Below are positions 39,231 to 50,068 of a stretch of 64,000 nucleotides of DNA, in pieces; positions within the stretch are counted from its first letter, which is position 1, and the number at the start of each line of letters is the position of its first letter. Location of the stretch: assembly GCA_964647565.1 (NCBI GenBank), contig CAZYIM010000005.1:1-64000 (forward strand), in the 5' to 3' direction. This DNA comes from an uncultured Methanosarcinales archaeon. Lineage in GTDB: Archaea; Nanobdellota; Nanobdellia; Woesearchaeales; CAZYIM01. The notes below the pieces were generated by a model. It did no database searches and was not told where the DNA came from. It saw only the letters and a program-made list of their open reading frames with translations. Made by a program: the position numbers and the translations under genes.

Positions 39231-40225
39231 ACCATTTTTTTCAAATATAGAAGCAGTTTTTGTAACACTTTCTTTTTCAGCTCTTTCGAAAGTTTAAGAG
39301 CTTCGATCTCTTGTTCCCAGTCAAGATTAGGCATTGTTGTTAGACTGCCTTTGAATATGCGCTGAGCCAGCACCACTTGTATTTCCAGTTCTTTTGCTGC
39401 ATCTCTGTTAAAGCATTTCAAAGCAGGAAACTTACTTATTGAGTTGGCACCTGCCTTTAAGAGCAGAGAGACATAATCAATCCTATCCTGCCAGATACCT
39501 GCCTGGATGTCAAGCTTAGGGAATTCAATCCTGGTCTTGGCTATCCACCATGCTTGATATTCCATTGAAGGAGGTTTGCTCTTTTCAAAAGGAGTTCCTT
39601 TCTGAGGATTAAGACCATAGAAATGTATCTTCGATATCTTGTATTTTTTTATGAAATCAGCAAGATTTAGAAAGTCTTTCTTGGTCTCGCCAAGGCCCAA
39701 TATTATTGTCATCGCAGTCTTCATCTTAAGCTTCAATGCAGACTCAAACATCTCTTCATAAGGCTCTATTGGCTTAGATGGACAAACCTTTTTATGCACA
39801 CGTGGATTGATTGTCTCAATTGAACCTACAACTCCCTTTGTATAAGGCTTGTATTTCTTCAATTGTTTTTCTGGCAAGGGGCCAATATTCAACCAAATCT
39901 TCCTCTTGTTAACAGCATAAACCAGTTTTAGGAGCTTGAAGAAGTCTGCTTGAGTAAATGCATCTATACCTCCAGAGAAAAAACCAAACTGCCATCCAAG
40001 CTTTTTTGAAAGTAGCACTTCGGCTAGTAGAGATTCTTTTGATCGAACAGCGGGTTTTTTAGCCAGTTTAATATCAGGCTGGGTACTCATGTAACAATAT
40101 TTACAATCCCTTATCTTACAGTACCAGCTAAAGAACACAGCCCTCTCAAAACAGGTCTCTGCAGGAAAATTCTGAAGGAATATATTATTTGCTTTTTTAA
40201 TAAGAGTATTGGTCTTTAAATCCAT
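39227..40225 (-). CDS. Radical SAM protein (BioB-related fold) with Cx4Cx2C motif
   Basis: WYCKIRDCKYCYMS, FSGG, IETIN, ILGLGET, PQKGTP. Confidence 0.85.
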   Translation of the reverse strand: MDLKTNTLIKKANNIFLQNFPAETCFERAVFFSWYCKIRDCKYCYMSTQPDIKLAKKPAVRSKESLLAEVLLSKKLGWQFGFFSGGIDAFTQADFFKLLKLVYAVNKRKIWLNIGPLPEKQLKKYKPYTKGVVGSIETINPRVHKKVCPSKPIEPYEEMFESALKLKMKTAMTIILGLGETKKDFLNLADFIKKYKISKIHFYGLNPQKGTPFEKSKPPSMEYQAWWIAKTRIEFPKLDIQAGIWQDRIDYVSLLLKAGANSISKFPALKCFNRDAAKELEIQVVLAQRIFKGSLTTMPNLDWEQEIEALKLSKELKKKVLQKLLLYLKKMV

Positions 40226-40264
40226 AAAAAAAAGAAGAACTGTTTTGTTTAAAAAAGTTAGGAA

Positions 40265-40999
40265 TTAGTATCTCCTAGCAGGTATGTTTTGATATTCAAA
40301 AGGATTTCCTACACCCAAATCTTCAAAAGCATAGTAAATTATTCTACAGGGATCACATTTCCCACACAATTTATCTGCCCCTCTATAGCAAGATCGGGTA
40401 TGTTCAATAGGTGCACCGAGTTCCAAACCTTTTTGTAAAACTCTTTTTTTGTCAAATTTAATTAAGGGGGTTTCGACTTGAAGAGAAGCTTCATATTTTT
40501 TACCGACCTCTGTTGATATTTCAAACAAGCTATTAAGAGTTTTGTAAACTTCCAAACTACAGTCTGGATAAACGAGACTATCCTGCTTATTTGTTCCAAT
40601 TATTACCTTACCTACCACAGATTCTCCTGTTCTTAGATAGTCAAGCATAATACTTTCCAGCCAAGAAGAAGCAATCATAATAAATGTTGGATCACGCCCA
40701 GGAGGATATGTCACAGGTATTTCTGAAATGTTTTTTTCTAATGTTCTATTTTTTGGAATCTCTTGATGTGCTGTTAGTGCTGATTTCGAGAGCGGGTTAT
40801 AAGATCTCAAATCAAGAAATTTATGTTCAACAGGTTGAAATATGTCGGATAATATTTTTGCATTTTCAAGTTCCCTTACAAGGGTCTGACCCCAGTCTAT
40901 AGACAGTAAATAGAGATCATTATTGTCTTCTTTTGTTATTGCTGTTGCGACACAGGAATCAAGTCCGCCACTTAATAAACAAACAGATATAGTTTTCAT
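40265..40999 (-). CDS. queC: QueC-like 7-cyano-7-deazaguanine synthase
   Basis: LSGGLDS, SALT, YPDC, TRSCY..CGKCDPC. Confidence 0.85.
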   Translation of the reverse strand: MKTISVCLLSGGLDSCVATAITKEDNNDLYLLSIDWGQTLVRELENAKILSDIFQPVEHKFLDLRSYNPLSKSALTAHQEIPKNRTLEKNISEIPVTYPPGRDPTFIMIASSWLESIMLDYLRTGESVVGKVIIGTNKQDSLVYPDCSLEVYKTLNSLFEISTEVGKKYEASLQVETPLIKFDKKRVLQKGLELGAPIEHTRSCYRGADKLCGKCDPCRIIYYAFEDLGVGNPFEYQNIPARRY

Positions 41000-41382
41000 T
41001 TTTTGATTACCTCTTCTGATTTAAAATCAGACTCATGACAGTATAAGAAAGCTATATTCCTTGAGCAGAATTTTCTTTTCAAATAGGCCAGAACAGAATG
41101 ATAATCAAAATCATTACACGAATGGACATCTGCAACAAATCTTGGATTGATTGTATAAGTGCTGATAGTGATTTTTGAGGCATCTATAGCAACATATCCT
41201 TCAAGACCTGGATTAGCATATGCTTCAGTAATAATAGGCTCGATCAGAGCATGCATATTAACAGCAGTAGGCAGGGTTTTCAATACATTCGAAAGAAGAG
41301 TTGTATCAATTAACAAATCAAGATTGGGGGAATCACCAGTTACAAGCAAAAAAGCATCTCCATCATCAGGTTTATGTTTCAT
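40996..41382 (-). CDS. Divergent S-adenosylmethionine decarboxylase (SpeD)-like protein
   Basis: GLEGYVAIDASKITISTY...ADVHSCNDFD aligns by eye with G.sG...I.ESHISIHT...vDvFsC..FD. Confidence 0.65.
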   Translation of the reverse strand: MKHKPDDGDAFLLVTGDSPNLDLLIDTTLLSNVLKTLPTAVNMHALIEPIITEAYANPGLEGYVAIDASKITISTYTINPRFVADVHSCNDFDYHSVLAYLKRKFCSRNIAFLYCHESDFKSEEVIKK

Positions 41383-41482
41383 TATACACAGGTAGGATTT
41401 TCTAATATAATATATATTTTTGTTGTCTATACTACCAACAACAATGGAAAAATTTAAGAATCAGTTTAAAAACAAAGAATCT

Positions 41483-42226
41483 ATGAACTATGAAATACTG
41501 GAAAAAGCAGGCTTAAACAAGAGTGAAACTAGAATATACTTAAAACTATTAGCAATCGGAAGTTGCAAAGCAGGAAAGTTGGCTAAAGAGACGAAATACA
41601 ACAGAACAACCATCTATAAAGCACTGGAAACTCTAATCAGAAAAGGATTAGTTAGCTACATATTAAAGGAAAATAGAAAATATTTTGAGTCTAATGATCC
41701 TAAAAACATTATCGAAGTACTTGAAAAAAAAGAAAAAGAAATAAGGGATCAAAAAAAAGAAATTGAGTCTATAATACCAAATCTTGCCAGAATTTACGAA
41801 AGCCAAAAAGAAGAGCTTGAAACAAAAATATTCAAAGGAATTAAAGGATTAAAGGTTGTCTTCAATGATATCATAAAAGATCTAACAAAGGGGGATGAAT
41901 ATCTTGCCTTCGGAATCCCAAAACATGCAGAGATATTCTGGGGATTTTTTGAAGAGTTTAATAAAACACTTCTTAAGAAAAAAATCAAATGTAAAATTAT
42001 TTTTGACGAGAGGGCAAAAGAAAATATCGAATCCTGTAAAAAATACGGATATAATGTCAAAACACTTAGAAAAGAATTCATGAGCCCCGCAGAAATAAAT
42101 ATTTATAATAATAAAACAGCAATAGTACTTTGGCACAAAACACCTTTGGCCATACTGATCAACAGTAAGGATATAACCAATAGTTTCAGGCAATATTTTA
42201 ATTTACTTTGGAAAATTGCAAGATAG
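41483..42226 (+). CDS. TrmB-family transcriptional regulator
   Basis: GLNKSETRIYLKLL, RTTIYKALETLIRKGLV, INIYNNKTAI, FNLLWK. Confidence 0.9.
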   Translation: MNYEILEKAGLNKSETRIYLKLLAIGSCKAGKLAKETKYNRTTIYKALETLIRKGLVSYILKENRKYFESNDPKNIIEVLEKKEKEIRDQKKEIESIIPNLARIYESQKEELETKIFKGIKGLKVVFNDIIKDLTKGDEYLAFGIPKHAEIFWGFFEEFNKTLLKKKIKCKIIFDERAKENIESCKKYGYNVKTLRKEFMSPAEINIYNNKTAIVLWHKTPLAILINSKDITNSFRQYFNLLWKIAR

Positions 42227-42239
42227 CTACCTAAAAAAA

Positions 42240-43709
42240 TCAAAGCACTGGAAGAAACTCCTCGAGCTCGTACCTCGTTACTACAATTGGATTTTCTGTT
42301 TGGTCTTCGTGTTTGGTTTTATTAATATAATCATCCCACTCTCTCTTTTTATTTTCAATAAAGCTTCGATACAAATGGTTTCTGAAAGCTTCTCTGACAA
42401 GAGTTCCTTGTTCTGTTGTTTGTATTGCTTCTTTAAGGTTACCCGGAAGACTCTTTATTCCCTTTTTTTCCCGTTCAGTCTCATCCATTTCATAGACATT
42501 CTCGTGCACGGGCTCGGGTATTTTATATTTTTCAGAGACGCCTTTTAATCCTGCATGCAACATGACTGCAAATGCCAGGTAGGGATTACAGGCAGGATCC
42601 GGGCTTCTAAGTTCTAATCGAACTGCATTCTCTTTGCCAGGTTCATATATGGGTACTCTGACAAGGTTGGACCTGTTTTCAGGATCCCAACAGATATAGA
42701 CTGGCGCTTCATATCCAGGAACTAGACGCTTATAAGAGTTCACCCACTGGTTCAACACAGACGTTACCTCAGGAGCATGTTTCATTATACCTGCCATAAA
42801 CTGTTTAGAAGCAATAGACATTCCAAATGGATCTTTAGAGTCAAAGAAAAGATTCTTATTTCCCTTGAAGAGAGACATATGTATATGCATACCGCTGCCA
42901 TTCACACCCCTTAGAGGTTTAGGCATAAATGTTGCAAACAGCCCATGTAATCTGGCAACTCGCCTCAAGACATACTTATATAGAATAATAAAATCAGCCA
43001 TCTCAAGAGCATCTGTATATCTAAAATCAGTTTCATGTTGTGACGGCGCCACTTCGTGATGATCATACTCAAACTTGTAGCCCATTGCCTGCAATAACAA
43101 CTGGCTCTCTTTTCTAACCACACCATACCTGCCACCCTTAAAATAATCACCATGATCTGTGATTAGAGGTACACCATTCTCAAGCAAAGGTCTGCCCATA
43201 CCATTGGCCTGGAAAAGAAAGAACTCCAGCTCCGGACCTACATAGACATGGTCTGCACCCATTAATTTTTTTGCATTTGCCAATCCCCTTTCAAGCACAT
43301 AACGAACATCACCTTCGTATCTTTGCCCATCAGGATTGTACAGTTTGGCAAACATGATCAACTCTCTCCAGGTCTGGTCTTCAATACCTGCTGTTTTTGG
43401 CGTGTATATCCAGGGTGTGACTCTTGCACTCTCGACAATAGGCACCGCTAGCTTGTCACTCTCCTGTATTCTGGACTGGCCGAGTACAGAACTGCCGTCG
43501 TATCCAAAGCCCCTCTTAAGGCTTTCTTCTGTAACCTCATAGCTGGGCACTGTAAAATCACATTCCATATTTCCCAACAAGTCTGTAAAAAAAATTCTCA
43601 CAAACCTTATGTCCGGATTTGTCTTGAGCAGATCTAAAACATCTTGGATAGTCTTGCAGGGTTTGTATTTCATCGGATCAAAGTCAACTTTATATTTTTC
43701 TTCACTCAT
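42240..43709 (-). CDS. glnA: Glutamine synthetase type I
   Basis: YDGSS, GPELEFF, HHEVAPSQHE, TFMPKP..NGSGMHIH, ELRSPDPACNPYL. Confidence 0.96.
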   Translation of the reverse strand: MSEEKYKVDFDPMKYKPCKTIQDVLDLLKTNPDIRFVRIFFTDLLGNMECDFTVPSYEVTEESLKRGFGYDGSSVLGQSRIQESDKLAVPIVESARVTPWIYTPKTAGIEDQTWRELIMFAKLYNPDGQRYEGDVRYVLERGLANAKKLMGADHVYVGPELEFFLFQANGMGRPLLENGVPLITDHGDYFKGGRYGVVRKESQLLLQAMGYKFEYDHHEVAPSQHETDFRYTDALEMADFIILYKYVLRRVARLHGLFATFMPKPLRGVNGSGMHIHMSLFKGNKNLFFDSKDPFGMSIASKQFMAGIMKHAPEVTSVLNQWVNSYKRLVPGYEAPVYICWDPENRSNLVRVPIYEPGKENAVRLELRSPDPACNPYLAFAVMLHAGLKGVSEKYKIPEPVHENVYEMDETEREKKGIKSLPGNLKEAIQTTEQGTLVREAFRNHLYRSFIENKKREWDDYINKTKHEDQTENPIVVTRYELEEFLPVL

Positions 43710-43834
43710 ATAATCACCTTAATTAGATTAGAATATGTTGACAAATATATACGTATGGGGGATTTTATTAATAAAAAGTAAAAAAAAACAGAAATAATTA
43801 AATATATGTTCAGTTTATTAGATAAATACTACTC

Positions 43835-44323
43835 ATGACTAAACAAACATTTAGCAATAATGCGCGAATTGAAATAGACAATACAGATAAAAAAATCCTG
43901 AATGTCCTTATAGACAACTCGCGGCTGTCCTATAGGCAGATTGCTAAAAAAGTCAAGGTTTCAGTTGCCACTGTCATGCACAGGGTTAAGAGGCTGGAAA
44001 AAGATGGTATAATCACTAAATATACCATCGGCATCAAGTATTCAAAAATTGGCTATGATATGCAAGTCATTATCGATGTCAGAATCTCTAAGGGAAAACT
44101 AAAGGAAGTCGAGGCCAAGATCGCTACACACCCCAATGTCTTCGCCGTCTATGATAACACAGGCCCTTTTGACGCCACCATCATTGCTAAATTTAAGGAC
44201 AGGAAAAGCCTCGATACATTTATCAAGAAACTACAGAGTTTTGATTTTGTCGAGAGAACAGAGACCAAACTCCTATTATGGACTGTAAGAGAACACCCTA
44301 TTAAACTCCCAGTTCGTACATGA
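43835..44323 (+). CDS. Lrp/AsnC transcriptional regulator
   Basis: DKKIL..NSRLSYRQIA..RVKRLEKDGII; TGPFD. Confidence 0.93.
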   Translation: MTKQTFSNNARIEIDNTDKKILNVLIDNSRLSYRQIAKKVKVSVATVMHRVKRLEKDGIITKYTIGIKYSKIGYDMQVIIDVRISKGKLKEVEAKIATHPNVFAVYDNTGPFDATIIAKFKDRKSLDTFIKKLQSFDFVERTETKLLLWTVREHPIKLPVRT

Positions 44324-46142
44324 GCTCTATGAACGTAGCTGCACTCCATGCCTGATTAAAACAACCCTTTGATCTGAGTTTTGAAGCCGAGCTAAGTTCT
44401 GATAAACACGCAATTTCTCCTGAGAACATCATCTCATGAATGGTTGCATCGCGGATCTTCTCAGCATACTTCCCATATCTGTCCCTATCAAGCATCAACA
44501 TAGAAATTGCTGCGAGATGATTTACCCAAAACCATGAGTCACCCCTATGATAACTCTGGTCATTGTTACTGATGTAATCAGAACAGAAAAGATGATGACT
44601 TTTATCAATAGTACTAAGTCCACCCCAATCCAACCAAAGAGCTTTTATGCCCTTATCAAATGACAACTTCCATTCTTTCTTGGAAAGAAGCTCAGGATAG
44701 ATATAATATGCAAGAAACATATTAGATCTGATTTTAATATCTAATTCCTGTTTATGACAGTCCTCGAGCACATCATTCTTAAAAAATGTGGCTTTTACGG
44801 TTTTCCTAAGATTTTTTTCCATTTCAGCATATCTCTCTGCAGCATCATGTTTGGTCATATTGCATAATTTTTTCATGAAACGATAGAAAACCAACTGAAG
44901 AGCTTGTATCTCAATACTAAAACCTTGGCGCGTGTCTCCCCCAAAAGGAGTATCCATCCAGGTTTCCTGAGCCTTGTTAAAGACCATGTTTTCCTTCGCA
45001 TAGTTTTCATGCAACCGATTAAGGCTTAAGGAAAGTTTCTCCTGCACAAAAAGAAGATCTTCTTTTGAAAAATAGTTATCTAGCACTTTTTTCTGCTCGA
45101 GCAGTTTAATCAAATCATCCAATCTCTTAACAAGCCAGCCAATACCGTCAGCGCTGCCTAATTGAGAAGAAGGGTACCTATTAGGTATCCGGCCATCAGG
45201 CAGGATTGAGTTTAGATATCTAAAAAGTATTTTCTTGACCAAATCAAATTTTTCTTCAAGAATAATAGCTCGCAAAGATATCAGTTCATCTCTCGACCAA
45301 AACTGAAAGAACCACGGCAAACCAGCAAAAATACCGACATATTTAGATCCTTTCTCAAAAAAGGAGACTATTAATGAATCAAGTGCATTGACAGCGGAAT
45401 TAAACATCAAAGTTTCCTTATTTAATAGTGTGCTATGATAATTTATCAGAGCCCTTTTTAGGTAATAAGCATTCTCAAATGACATCTTGGCTTTTTCAAT
45501 GGCACCCTTTTTGTCTTCAGAAAATGAAAAAACCAGGCTTAGCGCACCTTTGATTGGGATGCGCAAAGCATTATAAACATAAAACTCAGAGCGTGTACCT
45601 CTTGCAAGATCGAACGTATATTGTTTCTGCACCCATCGAGCCACCTTTTCAAATTTATCAACCCCTTTTATAGCTAAAAACACCTTATAGGCTTGTCCTG
45701 ATAGAGTATCATCCTCGAACTTGGTGTATTCCACAATTATACAGCCGTCCTCTTCATATATGTCATATATTCTGCCGTGATCATCGAAATCATAGATAAA
45801 TCTACAATCCAGATCTATGTTAACATAACCTTCATAACTATCCACTTCATATATCATGCTGCTGCCAGTCATCCAAAAACTCTCTGTCTGGGCATTTTTC
45901 TTTCTTTGTACATTAGAGAAATTGTTTATTAGTTGATCAAAATCTTCATCAAGATAGATATTTTCAACTGTCTTAAACATAGTCCAGTCCTTAAAGAAGA
46001 ACAGACCTTGAAAATAAGATTTATTATGTCTTGAATCAGAACCAAGCGACAAATAATCTCCTTTTTTGTTGGAAAGTAGAAAAGCTGCATCGCCATCTGT
46101 TCCACTAACTTGTTTCTTACCTATCTTATGTAGTATTTTCAT
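44301..46142 (-). CDS. Glycogen debranching enzyme (amylo-alpha-1,6-glucosidase, archaeal type)
   Basis: AGLPWFFQFWSRD, TWMD, YHRGDSW, QAWSAA. Confidence 0.88.
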   Translation of the reverse strand: MKILHKIGKKQVSGTDGDAAFLLSNKKGDYLSLGSDSRHNKSYFQGLFFFKDWTMFKTVENIYLDEDFDQLINNFSNVQRKKNAQTESFWMTGSSMIYEVDSYEGYVNIDLDCRFIYDFDDHGRIYDIYEEDGCIIVEYTKFEDDTLSGQAYKVFLAIKGVDKFEKVARWVQKQYTFDLARGTRSEFYVYNALRIPIKGALSLVFSFSEDKKGAIEKAKMSFENAYYLKRALINYHSTLLNKETLMFNSAVNALDSLIVSFFEKGSKYVGIFAGLPWFFQFWSRDELISLRAIILEEKFDLVKKILFRYLNSILPDGRIPNRYPSSQLGSADGIGWLVKRLDDLIKLLEQKKVLDNYFSKEDLLFVQEKLSLSLNRLHENYAKENMVFNKAQETWMDTPFGGDTRQGFSIEIQALQLVFYRFMKKLCNMTKHDAAERYAEMEKNLRKTVKATFFKNDVLEDCHKQELDIKIRSNMFLAYYIYPELLSKKEWKLSFDKGIKALWLDWGGLSTIDKSHHLFCSDYISNNDQSYHRGDSWFWVNHLAAISMLMLDRDRYGKYAEKIRDATIHEMMFSGEIACLSELSSASKLRSKGCFNQAWSAATFIELMYELGV

Positions 46143-47131
46143 TCAGAATCACCGAAAGATATCTCAGAGTGGTCACCTATATTTATTGACTTTGTATCAC
46201 CTTTCACCAGCGCATTCTTACCGATCAAAGAACCTTTTAACCTGGCACTCTCAACAGTCGCATCCTCATTGACGATACTATCCCTTAAAATAGATCCTCT
46301 AACTTTGGCACCCTTAGCAATAGAAACAAAAGGACCTATGATACAATTCTCCACAACAGCACCTTTTTCAATGTGAACAGGATCTATGATGATGGAAAAT
46401 TTAGCTTGATGCACGCCACTTGATTTCTTCAGGATCTTCTTTTGAGACTCTAAGAGTATAGCATTAGTGCCAAAATCAATCCATTCATCCACTTCATGAT
46501 TCTTGAAGTGCCTATCCATCTTTTGTACCAGATGGTTGATGGCAGAGACCATTCTCATCTCGCCTTTTTCGCGTATATTATTCTCAACAACATGGTCCAG
46601 AGCATCTATCAAGTCCTTGCCTTTTTTAAAATAGTAAAGTCCTATGTTGACCAGGTTCGAGGTTGGGTTTTCAGGTTTCTCAACCAACTTATGAACCTTC
46701 CCATCTTTTAAGAAAACTATACCGAAACGTCTTGGATCATCAACAGGCTTAGTGAAGACAATACCATCACAATCACAGTTTTTCACCACAGAGAGATCAG
46801 CTTCAAAAAGGGTATCTGCAAAGTCTGTGATGACTTCATCATCATCCTTGATGAACTTCTTAGCATGCCAGATAGCATGACCGTCACCATCTTGTTGAAT
46901 CTGCTTGATCATGTGTACCTTATAAGGGTAGTTGCTCTCAACGTATTCTTTGACCTGCTCCTCGAAATGGCTGTATACAAAGATAACATCTGTAATATCA
47001 AGCTGTTTAAATCTGTCCAGAATGTGACCTATTATAGGTTTACCCGCGACGTGAAGAAGTGGTTTTAGTCTGGTGTGTGTATGCGGCCTCAAACGAGTGC
47101 CTTTTCCAGCAATAGGAATGACTAATTTCAT
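46139..47131 (-). CDS. Sugar-phosphate nucleotidyltransferase with LbH tail
   Basis: AGKGTRLRPHT..KPL, DPRRFG, VEKP. Confidence 0.9.
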   Translation of the reverse strand: MKLVIPIAGKGTRLRPHTHTRLKPLLHVAGKPIIGHILDRFKQLDITDVIFVYSHFEEQVKEYVESNYPYKVHMIKQIQQDGDGHAIWHAKKFIKDDDEVITDFADTLFEADLSVVKNCDCDGIVFTKPVDDPRRFGIVFLKDGKVHKLVEKPENPTSNLVNIGLYYFKKGKDLIDALDHVVENNIREKGEMRMVSAINHLVQKMDRHFKNHEVDEWIDFGTNAILLESQKKILKKSSGVHQAKFSIIIDPVHIEKGAVVENCIIGPFVSIAKGAKVRGSILRDSIVNEDATVESARLKGSLIGKNALVKGDTKSINIGDHSEISFGDSE

Positions 47132-47226
47132 TGACTGTCCTCTCGATAACAAGAAAAGAGCTTGGTTTAAAAATATTGTGATGCTAGATAAAAAAGTATA
47201 TATACAAGTAAGCCACAGGACATATT

Positions 47227-48294
47227 GTGAAATCTATTATTGGCTTAAAAAAAGAGGTTAGTAAACTAAACCCTACTAATAAAAAGCTTTTTAACAGATT
47301 CTTCTCAGTTACAGAGACTGTTGGAAGACTAAAAGCTCCTAAATCCATGTTTGGATATATTGAAAAGAACTTTGGCAGCATCAAGAAAGTAGAAAAGCAG
47401 AAAATAGTAAAAACATTCAACAAACTCAGCTTCGAGGGCGCCCTATTCAATGAGCTTAGAGCAAACAGGCCTATTGAAGCCAAAACTACAGTCGATATTC
47501 ACAAGCTTATTGATAAAAACTTAGGAGATCCTTTCTGCAAGCCCCTAAAGATGACTCCTGCTGATGTCTTTGGCAGGATCAAAGGCAAGAAATGCATAAC
47601 TGCCAGTAATTTTGCAAAATATGACGGATGGCATGGCCTGGTTGTCTTTGACAAGCACAATCCTTTAAAAGTTAATAAAGCAGAAATTCTAGATTATTTG
47701 AATACAGCAGAACTCTGGATCAAAAAGGTGCACTGCAGGGATAAACAAGCTAATTATCCTTTTATCCTCTGGAATTGCCTATGGAAGGCGGCAGGTTCAA
47801 TCATCCACGGCCATCTTCAGTTGATTGTGACCAAACAGCAACATTATTCCAAAATCGAGAGTCTAAGAAAGGTCTGGACAGACTATTCAAAAGAATACAA
47901 CTCAGATTATTTTGAAGATCTATTCAAGGCGCATAAAAGTCTGGGATTAGGTGTTAAAAAAGGTAAACTAATGATATTTTCCAGCATTACGCCTGTAAAA
48001 GAAAAAGAAAGCTGGATTGTCTCAGAAAAATTTAATAGTGCACATAAAGAAACCATAGCAGGCACAATTCTTTCTTTCCTGAAAATGGGTGTTTCGAGCT
48101 TCAATCTGGGCAGTGTTTTCCCACCCTTAGATAAACAAGAGAAATGGACCAAATTTCCAGTTGTAACCCGGATTTTAGATAGGGGACAACTTAGTAACAA
48201 GACATCGGATATTGGAGGTATGGAACTCTATGGCGCAAATGTAGTTGCATCTGATCCATACAAGGTTTTTAAGAAGATAAAATCATCTCTTTAA
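47227..48294 (+). CDS. GalT/HIT-like nucleotidyltransferase
   Basis: DPFC, SNFAKY, WNCLWKAAGSIIHGHLQ resembling GalT N.G..AG.S..HPH.Q. Confidence 0.6.
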   Translation: MKSIIGLKKEVSKLNPTNKKLFNRFFSVTETVGRLKAPKSMFGYIEKNFGSIKKVEKQKIVKTFNKLSFEGALFNELRANRPIEAKTTVDIHKLIDKNLGDPFCKPLKMTPADVFGRIKGKKCITASNFAKYDGWHGLVVFDKHNPLKVNKAEILDYLNTAELWIKKVHCRDKQANYPFILWNCLWKAAGSIIHGHLQLIVTKQQHYSKIESLRKVWTDYSKEYNSDYFEDLFKAHKSLGLGVKKGKLMIFSSITPVKEKESWIVSEKFNSAHKETIAGTILSFLKMGVSSFNLGSVFPPLDKQEKWTKFPVVTRILDRGQLSNKTSDIGGMELYGANVVASDPYKVFKKIKSSL

Positions 48295-50058
48295 GGCTAA
48301 GTTATGCGCCAAAACATAATTCTTTATAAGTCCCTGCCAATCTGCCAGATTCGATAGATTCTTGGCCATGATCTTGTTCCTAACCCTATCATTATGCGAC
48401 AGCATGGCAAATTTGTACATTATATCTGCCAAATCTGCAACTATTAAATCCTCTTTTTGTTGATATCTTTTGAGAACAAATATACCGCCTTCTACATTAC
48501 CCCTTTCTTTTTCTATGAATCTGCCAAATCCTGCCAGATCAGTTGTGATAGCAGGCACACCAATTGCAGAGGTCTCAAGAGGAGTATATCCCCACGGCTC
48601 ATAATAACTGGGGAAAATACCTAAATGGCCTCCCGCCATGGCATCATAGTATGAAAGGTTGATAAGACTGTCATTTCCTGTCAAATAAACAGGGTAAAGT
48701 ATGGCTTTGACCTTATCTTCCTCTTTATTATCTAATCCTTCTGCTTTCAAAGCTGTAATGATGGGATCATTGTTCTCATTATTTATCTCGTGGGTAAGTA
48801 TCAGAGGATTACCCTGTCTCTTGAACTTAAGGATGTCTTTTTTCAGCTCTATTAAAAACTCTTTAGAAAACAGCGTTTCGGAGGATAAGTCTCTTTGTGA
48901 TACAAAATCCTCTACAATGCGTTTCAATATGTGTGGAGAGTTCCATTCAACAAAATTCTTTATGTGCCTATAGTAGTTCTTGTTCTCAAGCAGCTCTATC
49001 TTAACGCTGTGTGTCTGTTGAGGTATCCAGAAGAAAACCGCAATAGTCCGGTTCCTCTTCTCAGTCTTAAGCCTGGTATTTAGTATGGCAAGTGCCTTAA
49101 TCAGAATATCTAAACCCTTATTTTTAAATTCATATCTGCCAAATACAAAAAAAATCAGGTTATGAGTAAGATCGAAAGTATAGTGCGGAAAAAAATGATA
49201 AGTCAGGTGTTCTCTAATCTTCTCCCTACAGGTAACATGCTTTATTGAAGTCTCTTCTGTAGTTGGAAACTTTTCAACATCCAGACCATTCAACACTAGA
49301 ACATCTGCCTTTCGACCCAGTATCTTCTCAGCTTCGATAGCTGTAATCTCAGAGACTGTAGTGAAAACCTGTGCGTTTTGAGCACATGCACGTTCAACAT
49401 GAAACTTGTCCTGGACATTCAATTCATAGGCTTCTTTTTCAGGATCAAGCACAGGAAGCAAATCATATAGATTTTTGCCATTACAGCACATCGACCTGCC
49501 TAACATCGTTGCATGGGTAGTAAATACAGTCTTGACATTAGACTTGTTGGATTTAAGGAAAAGAAGGCTAGCTCCTGCCATCCATTCATGAAAATGAGCC
49601 ACTATTTTCTTATTTTTATGAACCTCACCCACCTTATCAAGAAGCATGCCAATTGCCCAGGACCATAATACTGGTTCCTCAAATTCATGCCCTGATTTCA
49701 ATGAATCAATCTTATAGTCTTCCCAGAGTTTGGCCTTAATAGTGTCTTTAATAACCCAAAGTTTCTCAAAATCAATAAGAATCACATTTGGCTCACTCTT
49801 GATCTGCCATTTACCATAGTGACAAACAATGCCCTCTTCTTCTAGTGCATCGAAAATGACTTGTAATTCTTTGGGCACTTTAGTCTTTTTAAGTTCTATT
49901 TCTGCATTCTGTTCAAAATAAGGACCTATGAGAAAATAATTCTTGTAATACTCCTTCATTAGAGCAGCTTTGCTGACTACAACAGTATATATGCCGCCTA
50001 CCTTGTTACAGACTTCCCATGAAGCCTCAAAAAGCATGTCTGCATTTGCATTCACCAT
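48283..50058 (-). CDS. GT3 glycogen synthase
   Basis: EASWEVCNKVGGIYTV, HFHEW, FTTHAT, GRYEFKNKG, PSYYEPWGYTPLE. Confidence 0.93.
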   Translation of the reverse strand: MVNANADMLFEASWEVCNKVGGIYTVVVSKAALMKEYYKNYFLIGPYFEQNAEIELKKTKVPKELQVIFDALEEEGIVCHYGKWQIKSEPNVILIDFEKLWVIKDTIKAKLWEDYKIDSLKSGHEFEEPVLWSWAIGMLLDKVGEVHKNKKIVAHFHEWMAGASLLFLKSNKSNVKTVFTTHATMLGRSMCCNGKNLYDLLPVLDPEKEAYELNVQDKFHVERACAQNAQVFTTVSEITAIEAEKILGRKADVLVLNGLDVEKFPTTEETSIKHVTCREKIREHLTYHFFPHYTFDLTHNLIFFVFGRYEFKNKGLDILIKALAILNTRLKTEKRNRTIAVFFWIPQQTHSVKIELLENKNYYRHIKNFVEWNSPHILKRIVEDFVSQRDLSSETLFSKEFLIELKKDILKFKRQGNPLILTHEINNENNDPIITALKAEGLDNKEEDKVKAILYPVYLTGNDSLINLSYYDAMAGGHLGIFPSYYEPWGYTPLETSAIGVPAITTDLAGFGRFIEKERGNVEGGIFVLKRYQQKEDLIVADLADIMYKFAMLSHNDRVRNKIMAKNLSNLADWQGLIKNYVLAHNLALKR

Positions 50059-50068
50059 GATTTACCCC

